64,000 nt of DNA, taken from the NCBI GenBank assembly GCA_039804105.1, contig JBDRZU010000002.1:64001-128000 (forward strand), written 5' to 3'. Source of the DNA: a candidate division WOR-3 bacterium. GTDB taxonomy: Bacteria; Hydrothermota; 32-111. Position numbers and translations under genes: made by a program. The notes beneath the pieces were generated by a model that saw nothing but the letters and a program-made list of their open reading frames with translations, was not told where the DNA came from and searched no databases. Within the stretch, counting starts at the first letter, position 1. Every line of letters begins with the position of its first letter. Positions 1-11,100 of the stretch are shown here, piece by piece.

Positions 1-1
1 A

Positions 2-46
2 GAGATGGAAGAAAAGTTGAACGATCTTCTTGAAAAAATAAAATAG
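2..46 (+). CDS. 3' end of an upstream CDS (EMEEKLNDLLEKIK*), probably cell division protein ZapA
   Basis: Open frame from the window edge to TAG at 44-46; coiled-coil-like tail; zapA-ssrS-rny is a known conserved gene order. Too short to prove. Confidence 0.5.
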   Translation, partial: EMEEKLNDLLEKIK

Positions 47-53
47 TTTATAT

Positions 54-226
54 ATCCCTGCTTTACTTGTGATCGTATATTTTGCTGAACCAACACAATG
101 AGTTAGGGAACCGGAAACGACACTATTAGCAAAATTCCTTTTTATGGAATTGTCGTGAAAGTGTCTTAAGGTACCCACCTTTTATTAAGGGCTCAGGCAA
201 ATAATACACACGGTACAAGCGGGGAT
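54..226 (+). ncRNA. ssrS: 6S RNA
   Basis: About 173 nt with complementary ends (atccctgct ... agcggggat). Internal 6S-type elements: tgaacc/gggctca, gggaacc, cccacc. Canonical position between a zapA-like gene and rny. Confidence 0.85.
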
Positions 227-246
227 TTTTATTAAGGAGTTTAATT

Positions 247-1827
247 ATGAATATGAATTTACTTTTTACAATAATTGGGACATTACTTATCATAATCCTT
301 GGATTTGCAGGGTATGTTCTCGGTTATTACCTTGGGAAAAAGGCAATTGAAAACAGATTGAAAAGTGCTGAGGAAAAAGCGGTAAAAATAGTTGAAGAAG
401 CAAAAAGGGAGGCAGAAGCACAAAAAAGGTTATCACTTATAGAAGCAAAAGAAGAGATAGCGAAGAAAAATGAACAGTTCGAAAAAATCGTAAGGGACAA
501 AAAAAATGAGATCAGAAGAGCCGAGCAATCGTTGGAGGATAGAGAAAAAAATCTTGAAAAAAAGAATGAAATGTTGACTAAAAAGGAAACAAATCTTCTG
601 CAAAGGGAAAGAGAGTTACTTCTTAAAGAAAAAACGATAAAGGCAAAAAATGATCGATTAACAAAACTCATCGAAGAGGAAAATCTCAAACTCGAACAGA
701 TCGCACAGATGTCAAAAGATGAAGCTATAAAGATCCTGATGCAAAACCTTGAAACAGAAGCAAAACTTCAGGCAGCCAACATGATAAAACAGATTAAAGA
801 GGATGCATTACAGAAAGCACACAAGGAAGCAAAAGAGATCATAACACTTGCTATTCAAAGATCAGCAACAGACCATGTTGTTGAATCAACGGTCAGTGTT
901 GTTTCTCTTCCAAATGAAGAGATGAAAGGAAGGATAATCGGAAGAGAAGGAAGAAACATTAGAACTTTTGAAAATGCAACAGGAGTTGAAGTGATAATAG
1001 ACGATACTCCAGATGCTGTTACGATTTCAGGGTTTGACCCTGTCAGAAGAGAAATAGCAAGGTTGTCTTTGATCAAATTGATTTCAGATGGAAGGATACA
1101 TCCAACAAGAATAGAAGAGATAGTCAAAAAAACAACTGAAGAGATGGAAGAGAATATAAGAAACATTGGAGAGGAAACGTTGGCTGAACTTAACATTTCA
1201 AACATACATCCTGAAATGATTAAACTTATCGGAAGGTTGAAATACAGAACAAGTTATGGGCAGAACATATTACAACATTCTAAAGAGGTTGCATACCTTG
1301 CACAGATGATGGCTGATGAACTTGAAATTGAAAACAGTTTTCTTGCTAAAAGAGCTGGCCTTTTACACGATATAGGAAAATCGGTTGATCAAAATTTTGA
1401 AGGAACACACACAAAAATCGGTGTTGAACTCGCAAAAAAATATGGTGAGGATCCAATAGTTATAAACGCTATAGAGAGTCACCATGGGGATGTTGAACCA
1501 ACAAGTTTGATATCAATACTTGTTGCTGCTGCTGATGCGATCTCAGGTGCAAGACCGGGAGCAAGAAGGGAAACTCTTGAAGCGTACATCGAAAGACTTG
1601 AAAAACTTGAAGAGATAGCAAACGGATTCAACGGTGTTGAAAAAGCGTACGCTATACAGGCAGGAAGAGAGGTCAGAGTTATTGTTATACCTGAACAGAT
1701 CTCTGATGCAGAATCTGAAGAACTTTCATTTCGGATAGCAAGAAAGATTGAACAGGAATTGAAATATCCGGGACAAATAAAAGTTACAGTTATAAGAGAA
1801 ACACGATCAATAGATTATGCAAAATAG
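247..1827 (+). CDS. rny: Ribonuclease Y
   Basis: N-terminal TM, coiled coil, KH ([13 protein letters not shown]), HD (LLHDIGK), AIQAGRE; SD aaggag upstream. Confidence 0.97.
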   Translation: MNMNLLFTIIGTLLIIILGFAGYVLGYYLGKKAIENRLKSAEEKAVKIVEEAKREAEAQKRLSLIEAKEEIAKKNEQFEKIVRDKKNEIRRAEQSLEDREKNLEKKNEMLTKKETNLLQRERELLLKEKTIKAKNDRLTKLIEEENLKLEQIAQMSKDEAIKILMQNLETEAKLQAANMIKQIKEDALQKAHKEAKEIITLAIQRSATDHVVESTVSVVSLPNEEMKGRIIGREGRNIRTFENATGVEVIIDDTPDAVTISGFDPVRREIARLSLIKLISDGRIHPTRIEEIVKKTTEEMEENIRNIGEETLAELNISNIHPEMIKLIGRLKYRTSYGQNILQHSKEVAYLAQMMADELEIENSFLAKRAGLLHDIGKSVDQNFEGTHTKIGVELAKKYGEDPIVINAIESHHGDVEPTSLISILVAAADAISGARPGARRETLEAYIERLEKLEEIANGFNGVEKAYAIQAGREVRVIVIPEQISDAESEELSFRIARKIEQELKYPGQIKVTVIRETRSIDYAK

Positions 1828-2602
1828 TTTAAAAATAATTTTTATCGGTGACATTATAGGCAGATCAGGTAGAAACGCTTTACAAAAAGGGATTCAGGAT
1901 TTAAGAGATTTTTATTCACCAGATTTCATAATTGCAAACGGAGAAAACCTCGCCGGTGGTTTTGGAATCACTAAAAAAACAACAGATTTTATTTTCTCAC
2001 TCGGTATAAACTGTATCACGAGTGGAAACCATATATGGGACAACAAAGAGTATGTTGAACTTTTAAACGATGAAAGGATTTTAAGACCATTGAACTACCA
2101 TAAGGATCTTCCAGGAAAAGGAGCTAAAGTTTTTATCGTTAACGATATAGAGTTAGAGGTCATAAATCTTTGTGGTCGTGTGTTTATGCAACCACTCGAC
2201 TGTCCTTTCAAAACTATAGATGAATATTTGAAAGACAAAAAACGGATGGTAAGAATAGTTGATTTCCATGCAGAAGCAACAGCAGAAAAACAATCGTTCG
2301 GCTTCTATCTTGATGGAAAAGTATCGGCCGTGATCGGCACACACACACACTGTCAAACAGCTGATGAAAGGATCCTTGAAAATGGAACAGGTTTTATCAC
2401 AGATGTTGGGATGACTGGTAGTTTCGATTCTGTTATAGGATTTGAAAAGGAAGGTGCTTTAAAAAGAACAATATACCAGATACCTCAGAGATTCGAGGTT
2501 GCCAAAAAAAATCTTGTGATTAACGCCTTATTCCTTGAGATTGGAGTTTCAGATTTTAAAACTTTAAAAATTGAGAGGATTTTTAAATATGTATCAGATT
2601 GA
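1817..2602 (+). CDS. ymdB: YmdB/TIGR00282-family metallophosphoesterase
   Basis: GDIIG, NGEN, TSGNH, DFHAEAT, GTHTH and TDVGMTG motifs; directly after rny. Confidence 0.93.
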   Translation: MQNSLKIIFIGDIIGRSGRNALQKGIQDLRDFYSPDFIIANGENLAGGFGITKKTTDFIFSLGINCITSGNHIWDNKEYVELLNDERILRPLNYHKDLPGKGAKVFIVNDIELEVINLCGRVFMQPLDCPFKTIDEYLKDKKRMVRIVDFHAEATAEKQSFGFYLDGKVSAVIGTHTHCQTADERILENGTGFITDVGMTGSFDSVIGFEKEGALKRTIYQIPQRFEVAKKNLVINALFLEIGVSDFKTLKIERIFKYVSD

Positions 2603-3422
2603 TGGGAAAAAAATATCATATAAAATGATGGAGGACTCAAGAGAAAAATTTGAGAAATTCAAACCAAAACTCGCTGTTGTTTTTATCGGAAACTCCCCTT
2701 CAACAATTTCTTACATAAAATCAAAATCTAAGATTGCACAGAACTATTCAATAGACATAGAACTCTTGAACTACGATGAGAATATAACAGAGGAAAATTT
2801 TTTGAACGAACTCGACCGTATTTCAAACAGAAAAGATATAGACGGTGTAATAGTTGAAAAACCTTTACCTGAACATATAGATTTAAAAAAAGTTTCTCAG
2901 GTAGTAGATTTTAAAAAGGATGTTGATTGTATCAACCTTATAAACTATGGTAAACTGATCACAGATGACTTTATCATAGCCCCTTCAACTCCAATGGCTG
3001 TTTTAAATATCTTAAAGTATGAAAACATAGATTTCGTTGGGAAAAATGTTTCCATAATAGGTAGATCAGAAATAGTTGGAAAACCTCTTTCACTTCTTTT
3101 CTTATCAAAAAAGTTTGGAGGAGCAACTGTAACAGTTTTGCATTCAAAATCAAAAGATGTAAAAGAACATACAAAAAGATCTGACATCATAGTTACCGCT
3201 TTAGGAAAACCATATTTTTTAACAAAAGATTACATTCAAAATGATCAGGTGATACTCATAGATGTTGGAATAAACTATTTTCAAGGTAAAATCGTTGGTG
3301 ACATATCACCTGAAACCTATTCTTTAGCAAAAGCTTACACCCCTGTCCCGGGTGGAGTTGGACCTGTAACCGTTTCTACACTTTTTAACAATCTTTTGAT
3401 TTTGAAAGAGTATTATGGATGA
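2589..3422 (+). CDS. folD: Bifunctional methylene-THF dehydrogenase/cyclohydrolase
   Basis: KDVD, GRSEIVGKP, IDVGIN, TPVPGGVGPVT; ATG at 2589 preferred to TTG at 2571. Confidence 0.93.
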   Translation: MYQIDGKKISYKMMEDSREKFEKFKPKLAVVFIGNSPSTISYIKSKSKIAQNYSIDIELLNYDENITEENFLNELDRISNRKDIDGVIVEKPLPEHIDLKKVSQVVDFKKDVDCINLINYGKLITDDFIIAPSTPMAVLNILKYENIDFVGKNVSIIGRSEIVGKPLSLLFLSKKFGGATVTVLHSKSKDVKEHTKRSDIIVTALGKPYFLTKDYIQNDQVILIDVGINYFQGKIVGDISPETYSLAKAYTPVPGGVGPVTVSTLFNNLLILKEYYG

Positions 3423-4749
3423 AAAAGTTTTTACCGTAACCGAGATAACAAACATACTTAAAGAAACGATTTCAAAAAAATTCCCTTCCTTTTTTAATAT
3501 TACAGGTGAAATTACAAACTGGAATCCAAGTAGTTCCGGACACATCTACTTTTCATTAAAAGATGAATTCTCTTTGATAAGAAGTGTTATATGGAGATCA
3601 ACGAATATAAAAAAAGATTTCAAAGATGGTGATAAAGTTATAGCAACAGGATATTTAACAATATATGAAAAACAGGGAACATATCAGGTTATAGTTGTTG
3701 ACATGAAGATTTCCGGTATTGGAGAACTTTACGAAAGATTTTTGAAACTCAAAGAAAAACTGGAAAAAGAAGGTCTTTTTGATAAAGAAAAAAAGAAAAA
3801 ATTACCTGAATATCCTTTATCTATAGGTATAATAACATCTGAAACAGGTTCAGTTATACACGATATTTTAAACATTTTAAATAGAAGAGCCCCATATTTA
3901 AAAAAATATCTCTACCCTGCACTCGTCCAAGGTGAAGGAAGTGAAAAAACTATTATAAAAGGTCTACAATATTTCAACAGAGAAAAAAATGTTGATCTGA
4001 TAATTATCGCCAGAGGCGGTGGATCGTTTGAAGACCTTTTTGTATTCAACGATGAAACTCTTGCACGAGAAATAGCAAAGTCAACAATCCCTGTTGTTTC
4101 AGCGGTTGGTCATGAAACTGACTTTACAATCTGTGATTTTGTTTCAGATTTGAGAGCACCAACACCATCCGCTGCTGCGGAGATAATAGTTAAACATATC
4201 GATGATATAACGGCGTTTCTATCAAGATCAAAAAATGATCTAAAAAAGGGATTAACCGATCGGTTGAATAAAGCAAAAAAAGATTTTTTGAACCTTAAAC
4301 AAAACTTTTTCATATCAGCACAGGTACCCCTGAACAAGAAAAAGGAAAGAATCGGTTTTTTACTTGAGGAGTTAGAAAATAGTTTGGAAGAAAAAATTAA
4401 AAGGATCAAAAACAGAAAAGATTTTTTTAAAAATGAAATTTTCAAAAACTCCCCTGTTGTAAAAATTCTTGAAAAAGAAAAATTTGTTGATATGATTAAA
4501 AATGAACTCGTTAACAGTTTGAGAATAAAATTTGAAAAAGTAAAACAAAAAACAGAGATTTTGAAAACAAACCTGATAAATTTGAATCCAAAGGAGATTT
4601 TAAAAAGAGGATATACTATTACTCTGAACGAAAATGGAGAACTTGTAAAATCAATAAAAAATCTAAATATCAATTCAAAAATCAATATAATCTTTATAGA
4701 TGGAAATGTTAATGCAGATGTTAAAAAAATTGAAGAGGAGAAATTATGA
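3415..4749 (+). CDS. xseA: Exodeoxyribonuclease VII large subunit
   Basis: SGHIYFSLKD, ARGGGSFEDL, SAVGHETD, RAPTPSAAAE, LKRGY. Confidence 0.96.
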   Translation: MDEKVFTVTEITNILKETISKKFPSFFNITGEITNWNPSSSGHIYFSLKDEFSLIRSVIWRSTNIKKDFKDGDKVIATGYLTIYEKQGTYQVIVVDMKISGIGELYERFLKLKEKLEKEGLFDKEKKKKLPEYPLSIGIITSETGSVIHDILNILNRRAPYLKKYLYPALVQGEGSEKTIIKGLQYFNREKNVDLIIIARGGGSFEDLFVFNDETLAREIAKSTIPVVSAVGHETDFTICDFVSDLRAPTPSAAAEIIVKHIDDITAFLSRSKNDLKKGLTDRLNKAKKDFLNLKQNFFISAQVPLNKKKERIGFLLEELENSLEEKIKRIKNRKDFFKNEIFKNSPVVKILEKEKFVDMIKNELVNSLRIKFEKVKQKTEILKTNLINLNPKEILKRGYTITLNENGELVKSIKNLNINSKINIIFIDGNVNADVKKIEEEKL

Positions 4750-4943
4750 AAGATGAAAAACTTGAGGATAAGATAAAAGAGATCGAAGAGATAGTGAAAA
4801 ATCTCAAAGATGAAAACATAGACATCAAAAAATCTATAGAGATGTATGAGAAAGGGATAAAACTAATCAAAGAGGTTGAAGAACAGATAAAAGTTTTTGA
4901 AGAAAAAATAAAAAAAATTGTTGAAGAGAGTAAAGATGAATAG
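4746..4943 (+). CDS. xseB: Exodeoxyribonuclease VII small subunit
   Basis: 65 aa helical protein (EEIV..L...SIEMYEKG) between xseA and ispA. Confidence 0.9.
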   Translation: MKDEKLEDKIKEIEEIVKNLKDENIDIKKSIEMYEKGIKLIKEVEEQIKVFEEKIKKIVEESKDE

Positions 4944-5823
4944 TTTTGAAAAATATGTTCAAGAGAAAAAGAAACTCATCGATGAAAATTTGAAAAAATA
5001 TTTTCTTATAAAAGGGAAATATTCAGAAAAACTTTATGAGGCAATGTATTACTCCATAGAAGCAGGTGGAAAAAGGTTAAGGCCACTTATTTTTTTGAGT
5101 GTTGCTGAAGAACTTGCAGAAAAGCGAAAAATAAAAAACCTTTTACCAGCCGCGTTATCTATCGAGATGATACACACCTACTCTTTGATACACGATGACC
5201 TTCCAGCAATGGATAACGATGATTTGAGACGTGGTAAACCGACTCTGCACAAAAAATATGATGAAACCGTTGCAATACTTGCTGGTGATGCACTTTTTGC
5301 TTACGCTATTGAGGTTTTTCTAAAAACAAAAGTTGAAGAAAAAAATCTTGTTGAAGGTTTAAAACATCTGATAAAGGCAGCTGGAATGGATGGAATGGTT
5401 GTTGGACAGTTTGTCGATACAAAGAATGAATTTTACAAACAGGATGAAAAAACTTTAAAATTTATCCATACAAAAAAAACAGCAGAACTTATAAAAGTAT
5501 CCTTCTCTTTACCCCCAATACTTCTTGGATGCAATAAAAAAATTGTCTCCGACTTTGAAAAATTAGGGATTCACGCAGGACTCCTCTTTCAAATAGTTGA
5601 TGATATACTTGATAGTACAACTCCATCGGAAATTCTTGGTAAAACAGCAGGAAAGGATGAAAAACAAAACAAATTAACTTATGTCAGTTTATACGGTATT
5701 GAAAAAGCAAAAGAATACGCTGCAAAAGAAGCAAATAGAGCTTTAAAAATCGCAAAAAAACTTGATTTTGAAAAAGGGAAAATAGAAAAAATTATAGAAT
5801 TCTTTTTAACAAGGATCAACTGA
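4936..5823 (+). CDS. ispA: Polyprenyl (farnesyl/geranylgeranyl) diphosphate synthase
   Basis: GGKRLRP, FARM SLIHDDLPAMD..RRG, SARM FQIVDDILD, GKTAGKD; ATG at 4936. Confidence 0.93.
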   Translation: MNSFEKYVQEKKKLIDENLKKYFLIKGKYSEKLYEAMYYSIEAGGKRLRPLIFLSVAEELAEKRKIKNLLPAALSIEMIHTYSLIHDDLPAMDNDDLRRGKPTLHKKYDETVAILAGDALFAYAIEVFLKTKVEEKNLVEGLKHLIKAAGMDGMVVGQFVDTKNEFYKQDEKTLKFIHTKKTAELIKVSFSLPPILLGCNKKIVSDFEKLGIHAGLLFQIVDDILDSTTPSEILGKTAGKDEKQNKLTYVSLYGIEKAKEYAAKEANRALKIAKKLDFEKGKIEKIIEFFLTRIN

Positions 5824-6248
5824 TGTTAACTTTAAAAATTCTTTTGATCACTCTTTTAAGTGGAATCACAGCACAGGGAATTAAGGTTATAAGTTATTTT
5901 ATTGAGAACAAAAAAATAAATTTCAAAAGATTTTTTGAAACAGGTGGAATGCCAAGTTCACACTCCTCAACATCTTCGACTTTAACTACACTTATTGGAT
6001 TTTACGGTGGATTCAATTCACTCTATTTTTCGATAGCAGCATTTTTCTCTTTTGTAATAATGTACGATGCTGCAGGGCTCAGAAGAGCAGCAGGTAAACA
6101 GGCAATGGTTTTGAACAAGATAGTTGAAGATTTCAAAATAGAACATAAATTCAAAGAAAAAAGGTTGATGGAACTTTTAGGACATACTCCACTTGAAGTA
6201 TTTTATGGTGCTCTTCTAGGTATACTTATTGCTGTAATATTCAAATAA
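5823..6248 (+). CDS. Divergent PAP2 (DUF212) family membrane protein
   Basis: GGMPSSHS, YDAAGLRRAAGKQA, LGHTPLEV. Confidence 0.9.
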   Translation: MLTLKILLITLLSGITAQGIKVISYFIENKKINFKRFFETGGMPSSHSSTSSTLTTLIGFYGGFNSLYFSIAAFFSFVIMYDAAGLRRAAGKQAMVLNKIVEDFKIEHKFKEKRLMELLGHTPLEVFYGALLGILIAVIFK

Positions 6249-6257
6249 GAAGGAAAA

Positions 6258-8147
6258 ATGGACGAGATTTTAAACAAAGTAAACAATCCTGAAGATCTAA
6301 AAAAATTATCCATCGAAGAGTTGTATCAACTCGCAAGTGATATCAGATATTTTATAATAGAAAATACATCGAAAACAGGCGGACATTTGGCACCATCTCT
6401 TGGAGCAGTTGAACTTATAATAGCACTACATTATGTTTTTGATTCACCTAAAGATAAGATAATTTTTGATGTTGGACATCAATCTTACGCTCATAAAATA
6501 TTGACCGGAAGAAAGGATAGATTTTCAACCTTAAGAACATATAAAGGAATAAGTGGATTCAACAATATTTTTGAAAGTGAACATGATCATTTAACTGTTG
6601 GACATGCAGGGACATCGCTTTCAGCAGCACTTGGAATGGCTGTCGCAAGAGATCTCAAAAAGGAAAATTTTGAGATAATAAATTTTATCGGTGATGGTTC
6701 GATGACGAATGGACTTGTTTATGAAGCGTTGAACAACCTTGGAACTTTAAGAAACAAAATCATAATCGTATTAAACGACAACAATATGTCGATATCCCAA
6801 AATGTTGGTGGGATATCACAATATCTGAATAAACTCCAGAGAACTCCCGTATACACTAATCTTAAAAAGGATCTATGGCAACTCATGGGAAAACTTCCTG
6901 ATGGGTTGAGTCAAAAAACAAGAGATATTGCGAGAAGGATGAAGGAATCTTTAAAAAACTTTTTTATCCCAACAATATTTTTTGAAGAGTTTGGAGTAAG
7001 ATACATCGGTCCTCTTGATGGACATAAACTTGAGGATCTCATCCCTACCTTTCAATATGCTAAAAATTATCCTCTACCAATTTTAATCCATGCAATAACA
7101 CAGAAAGGTAGAGGTTACATTTTTGCTGAAAAGGATCCAACAAAATTCCATGGTCTTGGGAAATTTGATAAAGAAACAGGTATTTCTGAAAAAACATCAA
7201 GCAAATTAAAATACACTGATGTTTTTGGAAAAACGATAACAGAGTTTGCAAAAAACAATGATAAAATTATAGGAATTACAGCAGCGATGCCTGATGGAAC
7301 AGGGCTATCATATTTTCGTGATCAGATCCCAGAAAGATTTTTCGATGTTGGTATAGCAGAAGAACACGCTGTTTTATTCTCGGTTGGATTATCTTTACAG
7401 GGGTTTAAACCTGTTTGTGCAATCTATTCAACATTTTTACAGAGAGGTTATGATCAGTTGATACATGATGTATCTTTGATGAAAAGGAATATATTCTTTG
7501 TTCTTGATAGAGCTGGGATAGTTGGAGATGATGGCCCCACACATCATGGTTTGTTTGATCTATCCTATCTGAGAACCGTTCCAGATATGGTCATAATGTC
7601 ACCCAAAGATGAGGATGAGTTAAGAAGTATGGTGAAATTTGGAATAGAGTATAACGAAGGACCCATCGCTTTGAGATATCCAAGAGGTGAAGGTTATGGT
7701 GTAGATATCACTGGTCAAATAAAAGAGATTGAACTTGGGAAAGGAGAACTTTTAATTGACGGAGAAAAGGTCATAATCGTTGCAATCGGTAGTATGGTTT
7801 ATCCTTCAAAGAATGCGGCTTTAAAATGTAAAGAAAAATATGGATTTTCTCCAACAGTTATAAATGCACGATTTGTAAGGCCATTTGACACTGATCTTTT
7901 ATTCTCAAAGATTAAAAACGATGAGGTTATCATAACAGTTGAGGAAAATGTTTTATCTGGTGGATTCGGGGAATATGTTAGAAGAATTTTAAGTGAGAGC
8001 AATTATAAAAACAAGATTATAAACCTTGGGATAAACGATAAATTCGTTGAGATGGGGGCAGTACAAATTTTAAAACAGATCGAAGGACTTGATGAAAATG
8101 GCATATTTAAAAAGATTGAGGAGATATTAGATGAAAAACATTCTTAA
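6258..8147 (+). CDS. dxs: 1-deoxy-D-xylulose-5-phosphate synthase
   Basis: GGHLAPSLG, DVGHQ, GDG..TPP-binding NDNNMSI, DVGIAEEH, DRAG..DGPTH. Confidence 0.97.
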   Translation: MDEILNKVNNPEDLKKLSIEELYQLASDIRYFIIENTSKTGGHLAPSLGAVELIIALHYVFDSPKDKIIFDVGHQSYAHKILTGRKDRFSTLRTYKGISGFNNIFESEHDHLTVGHAGTSLSAALGMAVARDLKKENFEIINFIGDGSMTNGLVYEALNNLGTLRNKIIIVLNDNNMSISQNVGGISQYLNKLQRTPVYTNLKKDLWQLMGKLPDGLSQKTRDIARRMKESLKNFFIPTIFFEEFGVRYIGPLDGHKLEDLIPTFQYAKNYPLPILIHAITQKGRGYIFAEKDPTKFHGLGKFDKETGISEKTSSKLKYTDVFGKTITEFAKNNDKIIGITAAMPDGTGLSYFRDQIPERFFDVGIAEEHAVLFSVGLSLQGFKPVCAIYSTFLQRGYDQLIHDVSLMKRNIFFVLDRAGIVGDDGPTHHGLFDLSYLRTVPDMVIMSPKDEDELRSMVKFGIEYNEGPIALRYPRGEGYGVDITGQIKEIELGKGELLIDGEKVIIVAIGSMVYPSKNAALKCKEKYGFSPTVINARFVRPFDTDLLFSKIKNDEVIITVEENVLSGGFGEYVRRILSESNYKNKIINLGINDKFVEMGAVQILKQIEGLDENGIFKKIEEILDEKHS

Positions 8148-11100
8148 CATTTTTTTCCCAACATATACGCAGAAAAAATTAAAAGAGTATAAAACAATTG
8201 TTGACAAGATAAATTCAGTTTATGAAAATTATTTGAATGATAAATCAATCTCCCCTATAAAAAAAACTGAAGAGTTTAAAAAAAGGATAGAATCTGGAGA
8301 GGATCTCTCATCTCTTCTTGTCGAAAGTTTTGCTCTCGTTAAATATGTTATGAAAAAACTTTATGATGAGAAATACGAATATCAGTATGAGGATATGAAA
8401 TTCGTATGGGATATGGTTCCATACGATGTTCAACTTATGGGTTCTCTTGGACTCTTTGAGGGAAACATTGTAGAGATGGCAACAGGTGAAGGGAAAACAC
8501 TTGTTGCAGTTATGCCTCTTTACCTTCATTCTTTGAAAAAAGAGGGAGCATACCTTGTTACAGTTAACGATTATCTTGCTAAAAGAGACCGTGCGTGGAT
8601 GTATCCCGTTTATGAAAGATTGGGTGTAAGTGTTGGGTTGATCCAAATGGGAATGGATTCTCATGAAAGAAGAAAAAATTATAACTGTGATATAACCTAT
8701 GTTACAAACAATGAGTTCGGGTTCGATTATCTAAGAGACAATATGGCTTTTCAAAGATCGGATAAAGTTTTAAGGGAAAAATTTTACTATGCGATAATAG
8801 ATGAGGTTGATTCCGTTCTCATCGATGAAGCAAGAACACCTCTCATAATTTCTGGTTTTCCATTCGGTGACCCTTCAGAAAAAAGAACAGAACAACTTTA
8901 CAGATCTTTGAATCCATTCGTGAATCAGTTTGTAAGAAGTCAGAAAGAGATCGTCAGAAAGATATTTGAAAAGGCAAAAAAGGATTATCAGGAGAAAGAT
9001 GAAGAGGAAGGTATAAAAGGTTTTTTAACCTGTAAACGAGGACTCCCAAAGATGAAGGAGTTGATCGAACTGATGCAGAATCCTGAAATCCTTACAAAGA
9101 TGGAGAGGATCGAAAACAATCTTTTAAGAGATAAACTCCTTTATACTCTTGATACAGAACTTCTTTACTCGATAGATGAGAAAAGTGGTGCTGTTACCAT
9201 AACGGATAAAGGTGAGGATTATTTTGAAAAAATAAGTCAGGACAAAGAATTCTTCAAAACACCAGAACTTTCAATCGAACTAAAAAAAATTGAAGATGAT
9301 TTTGAAGATCCTGAAGAAAGGAGCAAAAAGAAAAATGAGGTGATGCAAAAGTATGTTGTAAAAAGCGAGCAGATACATGCTTTACATCAACTTTTAAAAG
9401 CTTACACTCTATTTGAAAAAGATGTTGAATATATCGTGCAGAACGGAAAGATAGTTATAGTAGATGAACATACAGGAAGATTGATGCCTGGCAGAAGATT
9501 TTCAGAAGGCCTCCATTCTGCTATCGAAGCGAAAGAGGGAGTAAGGATCGAAGAGGAAACAAAAACTCTTGCAACAATAACCTTGCAAAACCTTTTCAGA
9601 ATGTTTGAAAAACTATCAGGAATGACAGGTACGGCTGAAACGGAAGCAGAAGAGTTTATGCACATTTATAAATTGCCAGTAATAGTTATCCCAACAAACA
9701 AAAAGGTTATCAGAAAAGATTACGATGATCTTGTATTTATAAGGAAAGATGAAAAAATAAAGTATGTTCTTGACCTCATCGTAAAACTTCATGATGCAGG
9801 TATTCCCGTTCTTGTTGGTACAGCATCAGTTCAATCGAGTGAATATTTGGATTCCTTTTTAAAAACGAGAAAGGATCTAACTGGAAAACCATTAAGATAC
9901 AATATTCTAAACGCAAGATACCATGAAAAGGAAGCAAAGATAGTTGCAGAAGCTGGACTCCAGGGAGCAATAACGATAGCAACTAATATGGCTGGAAGAG
10001 GGACAGATATAAAACTAGGAAAAACGATAAAAATGTTGCATGAGAGAAGTTGCCTTCTGTGGGCACTAAAAATAAAAAACGAACTGAACAAAAATCCCTT
10101 GATAATATACACTTCTCCAAAATCAAAAGAATTTTATGAAACACTTTTGAAGGATGATTGGTATTTAAAAGATAAATCCTTATATTTTTCCTTTAATAAA
10201 GATAACTCTGACAAAATAATCATAACAGATGATCTGAGTTTAAAAAATGATAAAAACAGATTCATCATCGAAACTATAGATCCAGAAAAGATTGAAGATA
10301 GAAAAGTTTATGTTGATTTCGATAACTCTGGGAATCCTACAATTTCTTTCCCTGAAGGACTGTTCGTTCTTGGCACAGAAAAACATGAATCAAGAAGAAT
10401 CGATAGACAGTTAAGAGGAAGATCAGGAAGACAGGGAGATCCAGGAGCTTCACTCTTCACAGTTTCACTTGAAGATGATCTCATGAGGATTTTTGGAAAC
10501 GAGAGAATGAGTGAAATGATAAAACGACTTGAAAGTATCTCATCAAGGGATGTAAACATATCACATAAACTTTTGACATCATCTATAGAGAGTGCTCAAA
10601 AGAAAATAGAGTCACTCAACTTCGAAAGAAGAAAATATCTTTTACAGTATGATGATGTTATAAACAAACAGAGAGAGGTTGTTTACCAAATAAGAAACTA
10701 TTTTCTTGAAAAAAAACCAACTATCGAATTTTTGGACAAAGAACTTTTCCTCAAAACTTTACTTGATTTCAAAGAACAGTTTTCAAAAGACAATTCAACC
10801 GACTATAAAAAAAACCTTTTAAGAGAACTTTCCATAGTTTTCAACTGTGATATTTTAAAAGATTTCAGTTTCGAGAATTTTGATGAAACGGTTTTTGAAA
10901 AGATTTATACGACAATCTATGAACACTATAAGAAAAATTTCAACGAGGTTACAGAGTATATAAAAGAGAATGTTTTACAGACAGTCGAAGAGTTTTTAAA
11001 CTCAAACATCGAAGAAGATAAAAGTTTTGAAGAATCTGACAATCAGAAGATAAACGATTTTCTACTTAACAATTTTAAAATTTCATTAAAAATAAAAGAT

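Noticed and set aside
4110..4685. 191-aa minus-strand F/S/L-rich ORF and many similar short antisense ORFs in the track
   Set aside because: Antisense shadows of K/E-rich genes in an AT-rich genome
10021..10356. Possible intein in SecA
   Set aside because: No C-terminal His-Asn/Cys-Ser-Thr junction or LAGLIDADG blocks; site matches the VAR region
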